DNA from: an uncultured virus (IMG/VR IMGVR_UViG_3300033475_000017)
Taxonomy: Duplodnaviria > Heunggongvirae > Uroviricota > Caudoviricetes
Virus record (IMG/VR): IMGVR_UViG_3300033475_000017
Direction: 5' to 3' (one strand)
Length of the DNA: 64,000 nt
The notes beneath the pieces are model-generated. The model did no database searches, was not told the origin of the DNA, and worked only from the letters and a program-made list of their open reading frames with translations. Made by a program: the position numbers and the translations under genes. Of this stretch, positions 37,709-48,189 are shown piece after piece. Positions within the stretch are counted from its first letter, which is position 1; every line of letters starts with the position of its first letter.

Positions 37709-38007
37709 AGCCAGCACATATCCCAGATCTGGCCATGTGCACGATCCGTCCGGCGGATAGCGCCGACACGATGAGCGGGGCTGAGTACCTCGCTTGCCTC
37801 GCGGCCTGCCGCCTGTCGAACCGGCAGGTTGCGGCGCTGCTGGGGCACACCGGCGATTACACGGTGCGGAACTGGACCGGGCAGACGAAGTGGTATTGCC
37901 CGCCGCCGGCACCGGTGCAGGCATGGCTGCGGCGCCTGGCGCTGGGGCATCTCGAGGTCGACGCGGCGAACCCGCCGCCGGTGATGGGGGGTTCCGACAA
38001 TGGCTGA
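37699..38007 (+). CDS. HTH DNA-binding protein
   Basis: 'MSGAEY..CL....LSNRQVAALLG....TVRNW'. Confidence 0.6.
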   Translation: MALKPAHIPDLAMCTIRPADSADTMSGAEYLACLAACRLSNRQVAALLGHTGDYTVRNWTGQTKWYCPPPAPVQAWLRRLALGHLEVDAANPPPVMGGSDNG

Positions 38008-38329
38008 CAGGAAACTGCTGCGCCAGAAAAAGGACTATTTCAGAGAGGCGCACGACACCGTGCGTGCCATGTCGCCGGAAGCCAAAGAGTTCTTTGTGGG
38101 CCTGACCAACCAGGTGTGCGACTTCGCCGAGCGGGAACAGATGTCACCGCGCGAGGTCGCGGCCGGTGTGGCGAGCATAATGGGACTTCTGGTGATGACC
38201 GAGGTCGGCGGAAACCCCCACGCCGACGAACCGATCGAAGACTTTATCGATTTCTCTACCGATGCGATGCAGGTCGCCATCGCGACGGCACGGATCATAG
38301 CGGGCTGGACACCGAAGGGACCGAACTGA
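38000..38329 (+). CDS. Hypothetical protein
   Basis: In-operon ORF. Confidence 0.55.
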   Translation: MADRKLLRQKKDYFREAHDTVRAMSPEAKEFFVGLTNQVCDFAEREQMSPREVAAGVASIMGLLVMTEVGGNPHADEPIEDFIDFSTDAMQVAIATARIIAGWTPKGPN

Positions 38330-39378
38330 TGGCCGAGACCACGAACATCGAGTGGACCGGGGCAACATGGAACCCGATCACGGGCTGCAGCGTGTGCAGC
38401 CCTGGGTGCAAGCACTGCTATGCGATGACGCTCGCCGGCACCCGGCTGCAGCATCACCCTTCGCGCGCTGGCCTGACCCAGATGACCAAGGCTGGACCGG
38501 TTTGGACGGGCGAAGTCCGGTTCAACGAAGCGTGGCTGGATCAGCCGATCCGGTGGAGCAAACCGCGCGACATCTTCGTTTGCGCGCATTCCGACCTGTT
38601 TCACGAATCTGTGCCGGACGAATGGATCGATCGTGTGTTCGCCGTGATGGCGCTGGCGCGGCAGCATCGTTTCCAAGTGCTGACGAAGCGCACCGATCGG
38701 ATGCGCGATTACATGACGGAACGCTGGCAGCCAGCGGCGGCGCAGGTGATAGCCGGGCTTTCGATACCGGCTGAAACGGTCGGCGAGGGGCGCTGTTCGC
38801 AGATTAGGCGCGAATGCCTGCCACTGCTTGTGAAATACGGGCTGTGCGATCCGGACAAAGGTAAGCTATGGACGCCGGAGGGGCGGTGCAAGGCGGAACA
38901 GTGGAAGTGGCCACTGTCCAATGTCTGGCTCGGCACGTCCGTCGAGGACCAGACGCGGGCCGACGAACGCCGTCGCGCATTATTCCAGATAGCCGCTGAG
39001 GGCTGGAACACCTGGGTCAGCTACGAACCCGCGCTCGGCTTGGTGGACTGGATCGGCTGGGAGTTCATTCGCTGGCTGGTCTCGGGCGGCGAAAGCGGCA
39101 CGGGCGCGCGGCCGTCGAACCCCGACTGGCACCGGGCGGCTCGTGACTTCTGCTGTCTGAACCGGATCCCGTTTTTCTTCAAGCAGTGGGGGAGCTGGGC
39201 AGCGGCAGAGCCATACGGCGATAGATGCGGCCACGTCGTTCCCGCTGTTGCGCTGGGCTGGCCCGAGGGACCGAGCGATCGCTATGCGTGGTTCGATAAC
39301 TGCGCATTCTACAAGGTCGGCAAAAAAGCCGCTGGCGCCGCGCTGGACGGCCGCGAGTGGAAGCAGATGCCGGAATGA
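38329..39378 (+). CDS. Phage Gp37/Gp68 (DUF5131) radical-SAM-like protein
   Basis: 'IEWT.ATWNP.TGC..CSPGC.HCYA', 'SDLFH', 'FQVLTKR', 'GGESG..ARP', 'PFFFKQWG'. Confidence 0.92.
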   Translation: MAETTNIEWTGATWNPITGCSVCSPGCKHCYAMTLAGTRLQHHPSRAGLTQMTKAGPVWTGEVRFNEAWLDQPIRWSKPRDIFVCAHSDLFHESVPDEWIDRVFAVMALARQHRFQVLTKRTDRMRDYMTERWQPAAAQVIAGLSIPAETVGEGRCSQIRRECLPLLVKYGLCDPDKGKLWTPEGRCKAEQWKWPLSNVWLGTSVEDQTRADERRRALFQIAAEGWNTWVSYEPALGLVDWIGWEFIRWLVSGGESGTGARPSNPDWHRAARDFCCLNRIPFFFKQWGSWAAAEPYGDRCGHVVPAVALGWPEGPSDRYAWFDNCAFYKVGKKAAGAALDGREWKQMPE

Positions 39379-39599
39379 GCGTCAGCGTCGTGCCACGCCA
39401 GGTTTTTATCGATGGCCATCGCACCAGCATGCGCCTGGAACCGATATTCTGGACGATGCTAGACGATATATCCGAGCGCGAAGGTAAATCGGTCGGTGCG
39501 CTGATCAGCGACATCATCCGCACAGCATCAAGGGGTAATGCGTCAAGCATTGTCCGCGTCTTCTGTGCCGACTATTTCCACCAGAGAGCCGCGATCTGA
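39375..39599 (+). CDS. Ribbon-helix-helix protein (RHH_4-like)
   Basis: 'IDGHRTSMRLE..FW..L..I...EG.SV..LI..I...SS.VRV'. Confidence 0.85.
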   Translation: MSVSVVPRQVFIDGHRTSMRLEPIFWTMLDDISEREGKSVGALISDIIRTASRGNASSIVRVFCADYFHQRAAI

Positions 39600-40113
39600 T
39601 GGCTGACACCGACGTCATCAAGGGCGAAGAAGCCAAGCTGCGCAATGCGCAGTGGGACAAGCTGACGAAGGCGATCCTGCAGGAGTGGACGCGCGAGGGC
39701 TATGACCAGTACGCGCACTTGGATGGCCTGACGGGCTGCGGCGACATGATCGTGATCACCAATTTCTGGCTCCTGGAACGCCACCGGCCGAAGCCCATGA
39801 CGCTGGCGAGCATGCTGGCGATGATGGACATGACCGAGATCGGGCATACCATCCGCATCCGGCAGAGGCCGCCGGCCGCGTGACGCTGCCGGTCCACCCC
39901 GAAGCGACCGCGGATGAGGTCTGGATCTGCAACATGTTCACCTGCGACTTCGTGCATGTGGGCTGGTCGACCAAGCGCCTGGGCAAGCAGAGCTACGAGC
40001 GGAGCGGCAAACCCATCACTACGGCGGGGTTCCGGCCGGTGTTCGTCGCGCGGGCTGAACTGGAAGCCGCGGCCGCCGATCTGTCCACATGGCCGGTCGA
40101 TCATCGTTGGTAA
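39599..40113 (+). other. Two small hypothetical ORFs (39599-39883, 39880-40113)
   Basis: Coupled junctions. Confidence 0.55.
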
Positions 40114-40160
40114 TCCAGATCGCTTGACCTTCGCATCGTTCCACGGGCATGTAACGCACC

Positions 40161-41504
40161 ATGCTCAATATCGTGTATCGGCCCATCGGCGAGCTGAAGC
40201 CCTACCCGAAGAACGCGCGGACGCATTCGCCCGCCCAGGTCGAACAGATCGCCGCGTCAATCACCGAGTTCGGCTTTACCAACCCGGTGCTGACCGATGA
40301 TACCGACGGCATCATAGCCGGCCACGGCAGGCTCATGGCGGCCAAGCTGCTGGGCCTGGCCGAAGTGCCGACCATCCCCCTGGTCGGTCTGTCGGACGAA
40401 CAGAAGCGCGCTTTGATCCTGGCCGACAACAAGCTGGCGATGACCGCCGGCTGGGATGCTGACCTGCTGCGCATCGAGCTGGGCGAGCTGAAAACCATGT
40501 CGTTCGACCTGGCGGTGACTGGCTTCAGCCTGGGTGAGCTGGATCAGATATTCGCGCAGCCGCGCGCCGGCCATGGCGATCCGGACGATCTGCCGGACCC
40601 GCCCGCCGGCGAGCCGGTGTCCACCCGGGGCACGGTGTGGGTGCTCGGCGAACACCGGTTGTGCTGCGGCGATTCGACCGACCAGGACGACATCGACCGC
40701 CTGATGCTGGGCGATGAGGCCGATCTGTGCGTGACGTCGCCGCCCTATCAAGGCCAGCGCCGGTACGGTGGCACCGACATCGATGACTGGGACGCGCTCA
40801 TGCAGGGCGTGTTTGCCCACATGCCGATGCGCGAGACCGCCCAGGTGCTGGTCAACCTCGGGCTGATCCACCGCGACCATGAGTGGCAACCATACTGGGA
40901 TGGCTGGATCGAATGGATGCGCGCGGCCGGCTGGCGCCGGTTCGGCTTCTACGTGTGGGACCAGGGGCCCGGCCTGGCCGGTGACTTCCGCGGCCGCCTG
41001 GCACCGGCGCACGAATTCATCTTCCACTTCAACCGGGCACCAGCTCGAGTACGTAAAACCCACAAGTCGAAGCACGCCGGCGAGATGAGCAAGGGCATGC
41101 TGCGCAGCGGGGAGGCCACATACACCGGCCTGCGCGCGAAAGGCGCCACCGAGATCCAGGCGACCAAGAAGCCCGATTCGGTGATCCGCGTCACCAGGCA
41201 CAAGGGCGCGCTCGGGAAGGGGATCGACCACCCCGCGGTGTTCCCGATCGGCCTGCCCGCCGAGCTGATCGCCGCATACACCGACCCGGGCGACGTCGTG
41301 TATGAGCCGTTCGGCGGCAGCGGCACCACGATCCTGGCGGCCGAGCAGCTTGGCCGTGCGGCGCGTGCGATGGAGCTGCAGCCGCGGTACACCGATGTGG
41401 CCTGCATCCGCTGGCAGCGCCACACAGGCCGCCAGGCGCTGCGCGAGAGCGACGGCAAGCCGTTCGACGTGCTGGCGGCGACGGCCGTGGCCAAGGCCGC
41501 ATAG
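40161..41504 (+). CDS. ParB/Srx N-terminal domain fused to N4/N6 DNA methyltransferase
   Basis: 'PYPKNARTH...QIAASI.EFGF.NP...IAGHGR', 'TSPPY', 'HPAVFP', 'EPFGGSGTT'. Confidence 0.92.
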   Translation: MLNIVYRPIGELKPYPKNARTHSPAQVEQIAASITEFGFTNPVLTDDTDGIIAGHGRLMAAKLLGLAEVPTIPLVGLSDEQKRALILADNKLAMTAGWDADLLRIELGELKTMSFDLAVTGFSLGELDQIFAQPRAGHGDPDDLPDPPAGEPVSTRGTVWVLGEHRLCCGDSTDQDDIDRLMLGDEADLCVTSPPYQGQRRYGGTDIDDWDALMQGVFAHMPMRETAQVLVNLGLIHRDHEWQPYWDGWIEWMRAAGWRRFGFYVWDQGPGLAGDFRGRLAPAHEFIFHFNRAPARVRKTHKSKHAGEMSKGMLRSGEATYTGLRAKGATEIQATKKPDSVIRVTRHKGALGKGIDHPAVFPIGLPAELIAAYTDPGDVVYEPFGGSGTTILAAEQLGRAARAMELQPRYTDVACIRWQRHTGRQALRESDGKPFDVLAATAVAKAA

Positions 41505-41506
41505 CC

Positions 41507-41974
41507 GTGACAGCGAAGGGTGCGCCCAAAGAGGCGAAACAGCGGTGGCGAGCATCAGCCAAGAAGCGGATGGCCGAGCACCAGCCGACCGCCGAGACGC
41601 GGAATTCCGTCAAGGCGCTCTGCTACCTGAAAACCGATCCCGCGATCATCGCCAAGCTGCTGAACATCAGCAAAATGGTTCTCGAAAAGAAATACCGGGA
41701 TGAGCTGAAGTACGGCGCGGCACTGGTCGCGGCCGCACTCGGAATGAAGATCGTTGAATCTGCCGTCAAGGGCGACAAGGGCGCGCTCGGCCAGATCGCA
41801 AGAGCCCAAGGCATCGGCCGCCAGGAACCGGCACCACCACCGAGGGCGAAAGACGATGAAAAAGAACCCCCGCCCCTCGATCTCGCGAACGCCAGCGATG
41901 ACGATCTCGCTCGAATCCTTGCAGCGCTGGCCAGCGGAACGCCGAGCGGCACTGATCGGGGTCATAAAGGCTGA
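41507..41974 (+). CDS. Probable terminase small subunit
   Basis: HTH 'IAKLLNIS...L.KKYR.EL..G'; directly upstream of the large terminase. Confidence 0.7.
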   Translation: MTAKGAPKEAKQRWRASAKKRMAEHQPTAETRNSVKALCYLKTDPAIIAKLLNISKMVLEKKYRDELKYGAALVAAALGMKIVESAVKGDKGALGQIARAQGIGRQEPAPPPRAKDDEKEPPPLDLANASDDDLARILAALASGTPSGTDRGHKG

Positions 41975-43547
41975 GGTCGACCGGCGGCGCACCGGTGTCC
42001 TGTGGGTGCCATTTCCGGATCCCGAACCAGGCCGGATGCACCCCCAACGGATGGCGCTGGAAAGCGAAGCGGACATTCTGTTTTACGGCGGTGCCGCCGG
42101 CGGCGGAAAATCGGATCTGCTGATCGGCTGCGCACTGACCCGCCACCGCACCGCGCTGATCTTCCGCCGGCAAGATCCGCAGCTCGCCGGCCTGCAGGAG
42201 CGCGCGGAACACATCATCGGCGAGGGCAAGGGCCGGTTCAACCAGAAGCACAACCGCTGGCGCATGAACGACGGCAAGATCCTTCGATTTGGCTCGATGG
42301 ACAAAGAGCAGGACTGGAAGAAATACCAGGGCCGCGCCCACGATTACATGGGCTTTGACGAAATCACCCACTTCACCGAAGAGCAATTCCGTTCGGTGTC
42401 CGGCTGGGCGCGTCCGGCCAACGGATCGCTGAATGACCGCCAGCGGGTGCGCGTCATCTGTGCCGGGAACCCGCCGACGGACGCGATAGGTTTCTGGGTC
42501 ATCGAGTTCTGGGCACCGTGGCTGGACGACAAGCACCCGAACCCCGCCAAGGATGGCGAGCTGCGCTGGTACGTGACGATCGACGGAAAGGACATCGAGG
42601 TTCCGGACAGCACACCATACGCGCACTTCGACCAGCGGCTTGGCCGGGAAGAGATGATCCAGCCCAAGAGCCGGACATTCATTCGCTCACTGGTGACCGA
42701 CAACCCGATTCTGATGGCGAACGGCTACATGGCGACGCTGCAGGGCATGCAGGAGCCGTTGCGCAGCCAGATGCTGTATGGGGACTTTAGAATCGGCCAG
42801 AACGACGCCGAAGACCAGATCATCCCGTCAGCGTGGGTAGAGGCCGCCATGGCGCGCTGGCACGACCCGATGAGCAACGAGCCGCCGAAGCCTGGCCAGA
42901 TCAGCCCTCGCGATGAGGAAAGCGGCAAGATAGATCCGCTGGATGCTATCGGGGTGGACGTCGCCCGCGGCGGCAAAGACAAGACCGTGCTCACGCCGCG
43001 GCACGGCACCTGGTTCGGCCGGCAGAAGACATATCCTGGAACGGCCACGCCAGATGGCCCGAAAGTCGTGGGCTTCATCGTCGGGATGATCCCGACCGGC
43101 GATGACCCACAGGTCAAGATCGACATCATCGGCGTCGGCAGCAGCCCGTTCGACTTCGCCAAGGCCAACGCCCTGGACGCTTACGCGATGAACGGCAAGC
43201 GGCGCTCGCTCGCGCGGACCAAGGGCGGCAAGCTGAAGTTCGCGAACATGCGGGCGCAATGGTGGTGGCAGCTACGCGAAGGCCTGGACCCGGCCGTGCC
43301 GCCGGAAGAGGCGTTGGCGATCCCCCCCGACCGCGAATTGCTCGCTGACCTGACGTCGGCCCGGTACCAGGTGCTGGTGCAGGGCATCCAGGTCGAAGAT
43401 AAGGCCGACATCATCGAGCGGATCGGCCGTTCGCCAGACAAGGGCGAATCGTTAGTGTATGCACACGGTCAGCCGCGCAAGCCGACCGCGCTGCATCCTG
43501 AGATGCCGAATACCTATTCACCACCGATCGCGATCTATCAGAGGTAG
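41898..43547 (+). CDS. terL: Terminase large subunit
   Basis: Walker A 'YGGAAGGGKS', Walker B 'GFDE', 'GNP', nuclease 'GVDVARGG.D', 'SPD.G'. Confidence 0.93.
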   Translation: MTISLESLQRWPAERRAALIGVIKAEVDRRRTGVLWVPFPDPEPGRMHPQRMALESEADILFYGGAAGGGKSDLLIGCALTRHRTALIFRRQDPQLAGLQERAEHIIGEGKGRFNQKHNRWRMNDGKILRFGSMDKEQDWKKYQGRAHDYMGFDEITHFTEEQFRSVSGWARPANGSLNDRQRVRVICAGNPPTDAIGFWVIEFWAPWLDDKHPNPAKDGELRWYVTIDGKDIEVPDSTPYAHFDQRLGREEMIQPKSRTFIRSLVTDNPILMANGYMATLQGMQEPLRSQMLYGDFRIGQNDAEDQIIPSAWVEAAMARWHDPMSNEPPKPGQISPRDEESGKIDPLDAIGVDVARGGKDKTVLTPRHGTWFGRQKTYPGTATPDGPKVVGFIVGMIPTGDDPQVKIDIIGVGSSPFDFAKANALDAYAMNGKRRSLARTKGGKLKFANMRAQWWWQLREGLDPAVPPEEALAIPPDRELLADLTSARYQVLVQGIQVEDKADIIERIGRSPDKGESLVYAHGQPRKPTALHPEMPNTYSPPIAIYQR

Positions 43548-43551
43548 GGCG

Positions 43552-45216
43552 ATGTTCGAGAAGATCAGTTCAAAGCTGAAATACCCAGCATGGGTAGCAA
43601 AATGCCCGCGCTACCGGACGCTTGATCTGTTCGACAAGATGTTGGACGGCCAGTTTTACAGCCATCTGGCGAGTGCATTCTACGACGAAACGGACCCACA
43701 GGGCCGCACCATCCTGCTGGACGAGCGGCGCCCGAGCGCACAGTTCCGATTCGCAACCCAGGTCGCAACATATTGTGCGCGCAAACTTTTCGCTGGAAAC
43801 CATGCACCGCGCGTGGTGCACGATGATCCCGCTGCCCGCAAGACGATCTTGAAGCTGCTGCGCAAGGCGAAGTTCTTGCCCAAGATGATCGAAGCCGCAA
43901 AGCTGGGATCGGTCGGATCGGTCGCGGTGACATTTCGCATCGATGGCGAGGGCGATGACATGCACATTGGGCTGCATGTCTGGCGGGCGAAATACTGTGA
44001 GCCGAGCTTTGACGGCGCCGGCAATCTGACAGCGTTGCGCCTGCAGTATGTCACGACCGGGGCAGCACTGGCCGCGCTGGGTGCGCCGGACCCGCGCCCA
44101 TCCGAAAAGCTGGACCGCGGGCGCCGCTACTGGCTGGTGCGTGACTATCTGCCGGATCAGGAAATCACGTACGCACCGATCCAGGAGGCGGACTGGAACC
44201 CGGTCGACCATTTCTTGGATGACGGCAGGACTTTCGGTGCGTGGGAAACCATCGATCACAAACTAGGCTTTGTCCCCGGGTGGTGGTTCACGAACCTGGT
44301 GGGGGGCGCCGCGCCTGATGGTGCGTGCACGTTCGAGCCTGGCGTTCAGAACAGCATCGAGATCGACTACACGTTGAGCCAGATCGGCCGCGGGGTGCGA
44401 TACAACGCCGCGCCGCAGCCCGTCATCAAGGGTGATATCGTCAACGGCCCATCCGACGGCAGCATAACCCGCGGAGCTGCCAGCTATATCCACCTGAAGG
44501 GCGATTACAAAGACGAGGAAGGCGGAAGCTGGAGCGGCGCGGACGCCAAGCTCTTGGAGATGAGCGGGGCCGGCACCGAGGCCGCTCTGAAGCTGGTCGA
44601 CAAGCTGCGTGACATCGCGCTCGAGGCGGTGGCCGCGGCGCGCAAAGATCCGAGCACCATGAAGGGGCCGATGTCCGGCCGGGCGATGGAGTTCATCGAT
44701 CAGGAGTTTTACGACCTGATCATGGAGCTGCGGACCCAGTACGGCGAGTTCGGCGCGCTGGAGCTGGCCCGCCGGATCGTCCAGGCGGTTGATCCGTCCA
44801 TCGACCTGTCGAGCTTCACGTTCCGCTGGCCGCGCCTGTTCCAACCGACCCCGACCGACCTTGCCCAGGTCATTCCGGCGTTGGCGATCGCGATTGACCC
44901 GCTGAAGGCCGGCCCTGCTATGCCAGCCGTGCCGGGCGCTACCGGCGCCGATGGGCAGACCAAGCCGGGCACGCCGGCCACCACCGGGCCGGATCCCAAA
45001 TTCATGTTGCTGACGGTCGAAGAGGCCCGTTCCTGGCTGCTGCTGCAGATGGACATGAACCTGCCCAACGACGACGACGAAGACCCGGAAGAGCCGCACG
45101 AGGATACCCGCGGTGCGGCGCCCGAGCATACGCCAGAGCCTGTCGATATCAGCGAGCCAGCGCCCAACCTGGACGGTGGCATACCGCGGCCAACGGATGT
45201 GAATGTAGACGCATGA
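43552..45216 (+). CDS. Portal protein
   Basis: Position after terL, size, 'H.LGFVP', 'SGRAM' SPP1-like portal pattern, acidic tail. Confidence 0.8.
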   Translation: MFEKISSKLKYPAWVAKCPRYRTLDLFDKMLDGQFYSHLASAFYDETDPQGRTILLDERRPSAQFRFATQVATYCARKLFAGNHAPRVVHDDPAARKTILKLLRKAKFLPKMIEAAKLGSVGSVAVTFRIDGEGDDMHIGLHVWRAKYCEPSFDGAGNLTALRLQYVTTGAALAALGAPDPRPSEKLDRGRRYWLVRDYLPDQEITYAPIQEADWNPVDHFLDDGRTFGAWETIDHKLGFVPGWWFTNLVGGAAPDGACTFEPGVQNSIEIDYTLSQIGRGVRYNAAPQPVIKGDIVNGPSDGSITRGAASYIHLKGDYKDEEGGSWSGADAKLLEMSGAGTEAALKLVDKLRDIALEAVAAARKDPSTMKGPMSGRAMEFIDQEFYDLIMELRTQYGEFGALELARRIVQAVDPSIDLSSFTFRWPRLFQPTPTDLAQVIPALAIAIDPLKAGPAMPAVPGATGADGQTKPGTPATTGPDPKFMLLTVEEARSWLLLQMDMNLPNDDDEDPEEPHEDTRGAAPEHTPEPVDISEPAPNLDGGIPRPTDVNVDA

Positions 45217-45701
45217 GATACAAACCGCAGATCATCGATATCCCGCTGCCCTCGATGGGGGGCAAATGCTGGCTGCTGGAGGCCAAGGGCATGTTCGTGC
45301 TGGAGCCTGGGCCCGGCACCATGCGGACGTTCGCCTGCACCCACGCGGGCAGCGGCACGGTCGAGTTCATCGACGGCATCCCGAACGAGCTTGGTTTTTT
45401 CCCTGACGACGATATGCCCGAGCCGCCGGCGTTCACCGAGGACGAGTTGCAGATCCTGGAGGTCAGCCACCGAACGACATTCGACCCGCCGGCTGGCATC
45501 AAGGAAAAGATGGACCTGCACAAAGCGTGGGGCGCCAGGCGCGGTCGGTCTTTCTACCGGGCCAGCCCTGCCGTCATGGGGTCGTGGATGCTGGATGCCG
45601 GTTTCATCCACGGGCTGACTGTGCGGGCGACCGGCGAGCACAGCAGCGTCAACACCATGGGGTCCATCGTGTGGATGCCCTTCAAAGCGAGAACGAAATG
45701 A
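45213..45701 (+). CDS. Hypothetical beta-rich protein
   Basis: Coupled to portal stop. Confidence 0.6.
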   Translation: MRYKPQIIDIPLPSMGGKCWLLEAKGMFVLEPGPGTMRTFACTHAGSGTVEFIDGIPNELGFFPDDDMPEPPAFTEDELQILEVSHRTTFDPPAGIKEKMDLHKAWGARRGRSFYRASPAVMGSWMLDAGFIHGLTVRATGEHSSVNTMGSIVWMPFKARTK

Positions 45702-46733
45702 CGATCCTGGATCGCCTCATTGCCGAGGCTGGCGTCCTGGCTGGGGGCGCCCATCCCTGCAACGTTCTGGGCCATAAGTGGGAGCATATTGGCGGCCGTT
45801 GGTGTGGGTGCGATGACAGTGGATCGCGCGGGTGTTCCGTCCCAGTCCACGAATGCGCGTCCTGCGGCGACTGCGACTACGGTGATAATGATGATGCTCG
45901 GGATATCAGGGCCGAGTGTGAGCGGGAGTATGCAGAAAGTGTCTAACCAAATCCCAACGCCGACCAGCACAGGCCCGAAAATTTCGGCCGCGTACTCATT
46001 CGAACATGGCAGCCTGACCGTGCGTCGAAGCGGCTACGGTGCGGAGAATGGCGACGGCTGGTTCTGTTTCGACGCAGACAATCTCGATTGGGAGCCATAC
46101 GAGGAACGAAGCGGACAAGCTGCGATCGTCAAGGTCGGTCGAGCCGATCTGATCGAACTGCGCAATTGGCTCAATCAAGAGTTCCCACCGGAGGTGCTAC
46201 CATGAACCAAACCACCACCGAGGCACAGTGGCCGTTGCCTGTGAACTGGTACGCGGTGGCACGCGGCTTTTTGTTTGCTGCCGCGTATCTCGTGGCGCTG
46301 TGCGCCTTGGGTGAACTTCTTCGGGAGGCTGCAAATGGGTTCCGTTGAGTTCCAAACCACCAAGGACATCGAGCGGGCGATGCTCGCGACCAACACCAAG
46401 CGCGCGAGCCGGCGCTTCTGCCTGCGGGCCGAAACGAAGATCAGCGCTGCGCTTGGCGCGATCCAGTGGCTGGAACTGTTCATGATGCAGGGCATCCGCA
46501 ACAAGGATTGGAACACCGGCGTCGCGGCGCACTGGCTGATCAACAACCCGCACCCGATGTTCTACCAGGTCAAGCGGACGTATGACGGCCAGGTGGAGAT
46601 CGCCTGCAACCCCAACATGGTCGGCACCAAGCTCCGGATCGGCAGGGCGCCGCCGCGTCCCCCTGTGGTGTCTGACGCAGCGGTTACCTATTACGGCGGT
46701 GCTGCTGGCGGAACGATATCGACTGCGGTATAG
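45698..46733 (+). other. Four small hypothetical ORFs (45698-45946, ~45939-46205, 46202-46348, 46335-46733)
   Basis: Overlapping junctions. Confidence 0.5.
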
Positions 46734-46739
46734 CCGCGC

Positions 46740-47072
46740 ATGATGCGCAATTTGATTGACCTGTACGCGCCGAGCGCACCTGGATCGCTGATGCGGTCCA
46801 TCCAGGTGGTGCGCCCGGGCCGGTTCCGGATCAGCCGCCGCGATTCGGAATTGTATTCGGTCCAGATCGTCAGCAGCGGATCATGGGCGCGGGCTCGCGC
46901 GCTGGACGCGGCAGGCAACGTCCTGTGGGAACAGCCGTCGACGTTCACCGGATCGTTCTGGCTGGGTGGTTCGGCACCGGGCGGGATCATCGTTGAGATC
47001 GCGTCCGATCGCGAGCACGAGGCCGCGAACCTGACTATAAACTGGCGAGAGAAGGGGCGGGACATTGCCTGA
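46740..47072 (+). CDS. Hypothetical beta-rich protein
   Basis: Shares 'GS(F/W).L..' and C-terminal 'I.W' layout with 45213 ORF. Confidence 0.55.
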   Translation: MMRNLIDLYAPSAPGSLMRSIQVVRPGRFRISRRDSELYSVQIVSSGSWARARALDAAGNVLWEQPSTFTGSFWLGGSAPGGIIVEIASDREHEAANLTINWREKGRDIA

Positions 47073-47224
47073 TCTTGCCACACATCTGGACGCGACTTGC
47101 GGCTACTGTGGGGCGCTGGAAGGCGCGGATTGTTTGGCCGCTGAGCGGTGCCGCTGGGCAGATGACGCACACGATTCATCGTGCCCTGGTTGCGACGCCT
47201 GTCGCCCGAAGAAAGGCACCACAT

Positions 47225-47452
47225 ATGTCCGATGCGACCGTTGACGTCTTCCCGCCGACCGTCGCCAGCCTGTGCGAATGGTTGGTCGATGACGGCGCCA
47301 CGGTCGAAGAGGGCGAGCACATCGCGACCGTCGAAAGCATGAAGACCATGTTCCCGGTCTACGCCCCCGCGTCAGGCACCTTGCGTTATAAGATCGATCT
47401 GGGCGAAATAGTCGGGCAAGAAGATCCAATCGCGGTCATCGAGGTGCCCTAA
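47225..47452 (+). CDS. Stand-alone biotinyl/lipoyl carrier domain protein (BCCP-like)
   Basis: 'WLV.DG..V.EG..I..VESMKT..PV.AP.SG.L....G..V....PI..I'. Confidence 0.85.
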   Translation: MSDATVDVFPPTVASLCEWLVDDGATVEEGEHIATVESMKTMFPVYAPASGTLRYKIDLGEIVGQEDPIAVIEVP

Positions 47453-48171
47453 TGGCTGACCCAGCAGTAGCGTTCGTCGCAGGTAAGTTCGGGAGCCCGT
47501 TCGATATTGGGCTGCAACTGCTCGATAACGCATCGGTCGCCACGACCGAGGGCCTGTGGTTGCCCAGCCGATTCGCGAAGACCGCATCGGTGGAGGTCTC
47601 CGGGTCCATGTCCACCATGTCGGTCAGCCTGCTGGGGACCAATCAGCTCGCCGAGCCGCTGAACCAGATGACGCTGACGATCGGCGGCACGATCACCGCT
47701 GGTGACGTGGTGACGGCGAAGGCCAGCAACGGCAACCTGCCTGGCGGGTCCGCATCGGTTTCCTACACCGTGGCGGCGGGCGACACGACCACCACGATCG
47801 GTGCCGCGCTGTCCGCGCTGATGAATGCATCGCAGGGCATGACCGCAATCGGCCTGACGGCACAGGCCGCCGCCGGCGTGATCACCGCATCGTTCCCGTC
47901 GATCTTCGCGAATGACGGCACCAACGCATCCGGCTACGCGACGGGCATGGGGCCGGCCAACATCACCACGTTCTCGGGCAGCGTCAGTGGCGCGGCGACC
48001 GAAACGGTGACCGTGGCCGGCGTCACCACGATCGGTTCGGCGGTCGGCTCCGCGATCACCGCGCTGGGCCTGACCCAGCTCACTGTTCTGCCGCGCTGGA
48101 TACGCGCCAGGCTGACGACACTCACTGGCGCCGCTGCGTTCATCAACGCCACGCTCTGCGGCGCCGCCTAA
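47452..48171 (+). CDS. Putative virion (head-associated) protein with inserted repeat module
   Basis: A/G/T-rich; 'RWIRARLT' C-terminus; head-module position. Confidence 0.65.
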   Translation: MADPAVAFVAGKFGSPFDIGLQLLDNASVATTEGLWLPSRFAKTASVEVSGSMSTMSVSLLGTNQLAEPLNQMTLTIGGTITAGDVVTAKASNGNLPGGSASVSYTVAAGDTTTTIGAALSALMNASQGMTAIGLTAQAAAGVITASFPSIFANDGTNASGYATGMGPANITTFSGSVSGAATETVTVAGVTTIGSAVGSAITALGLTQLTVLPRWIRARLTTLTGAAAFINATLCGAA

Positions 48172-48189
48172 ACCTGACAGGGGTCCACC

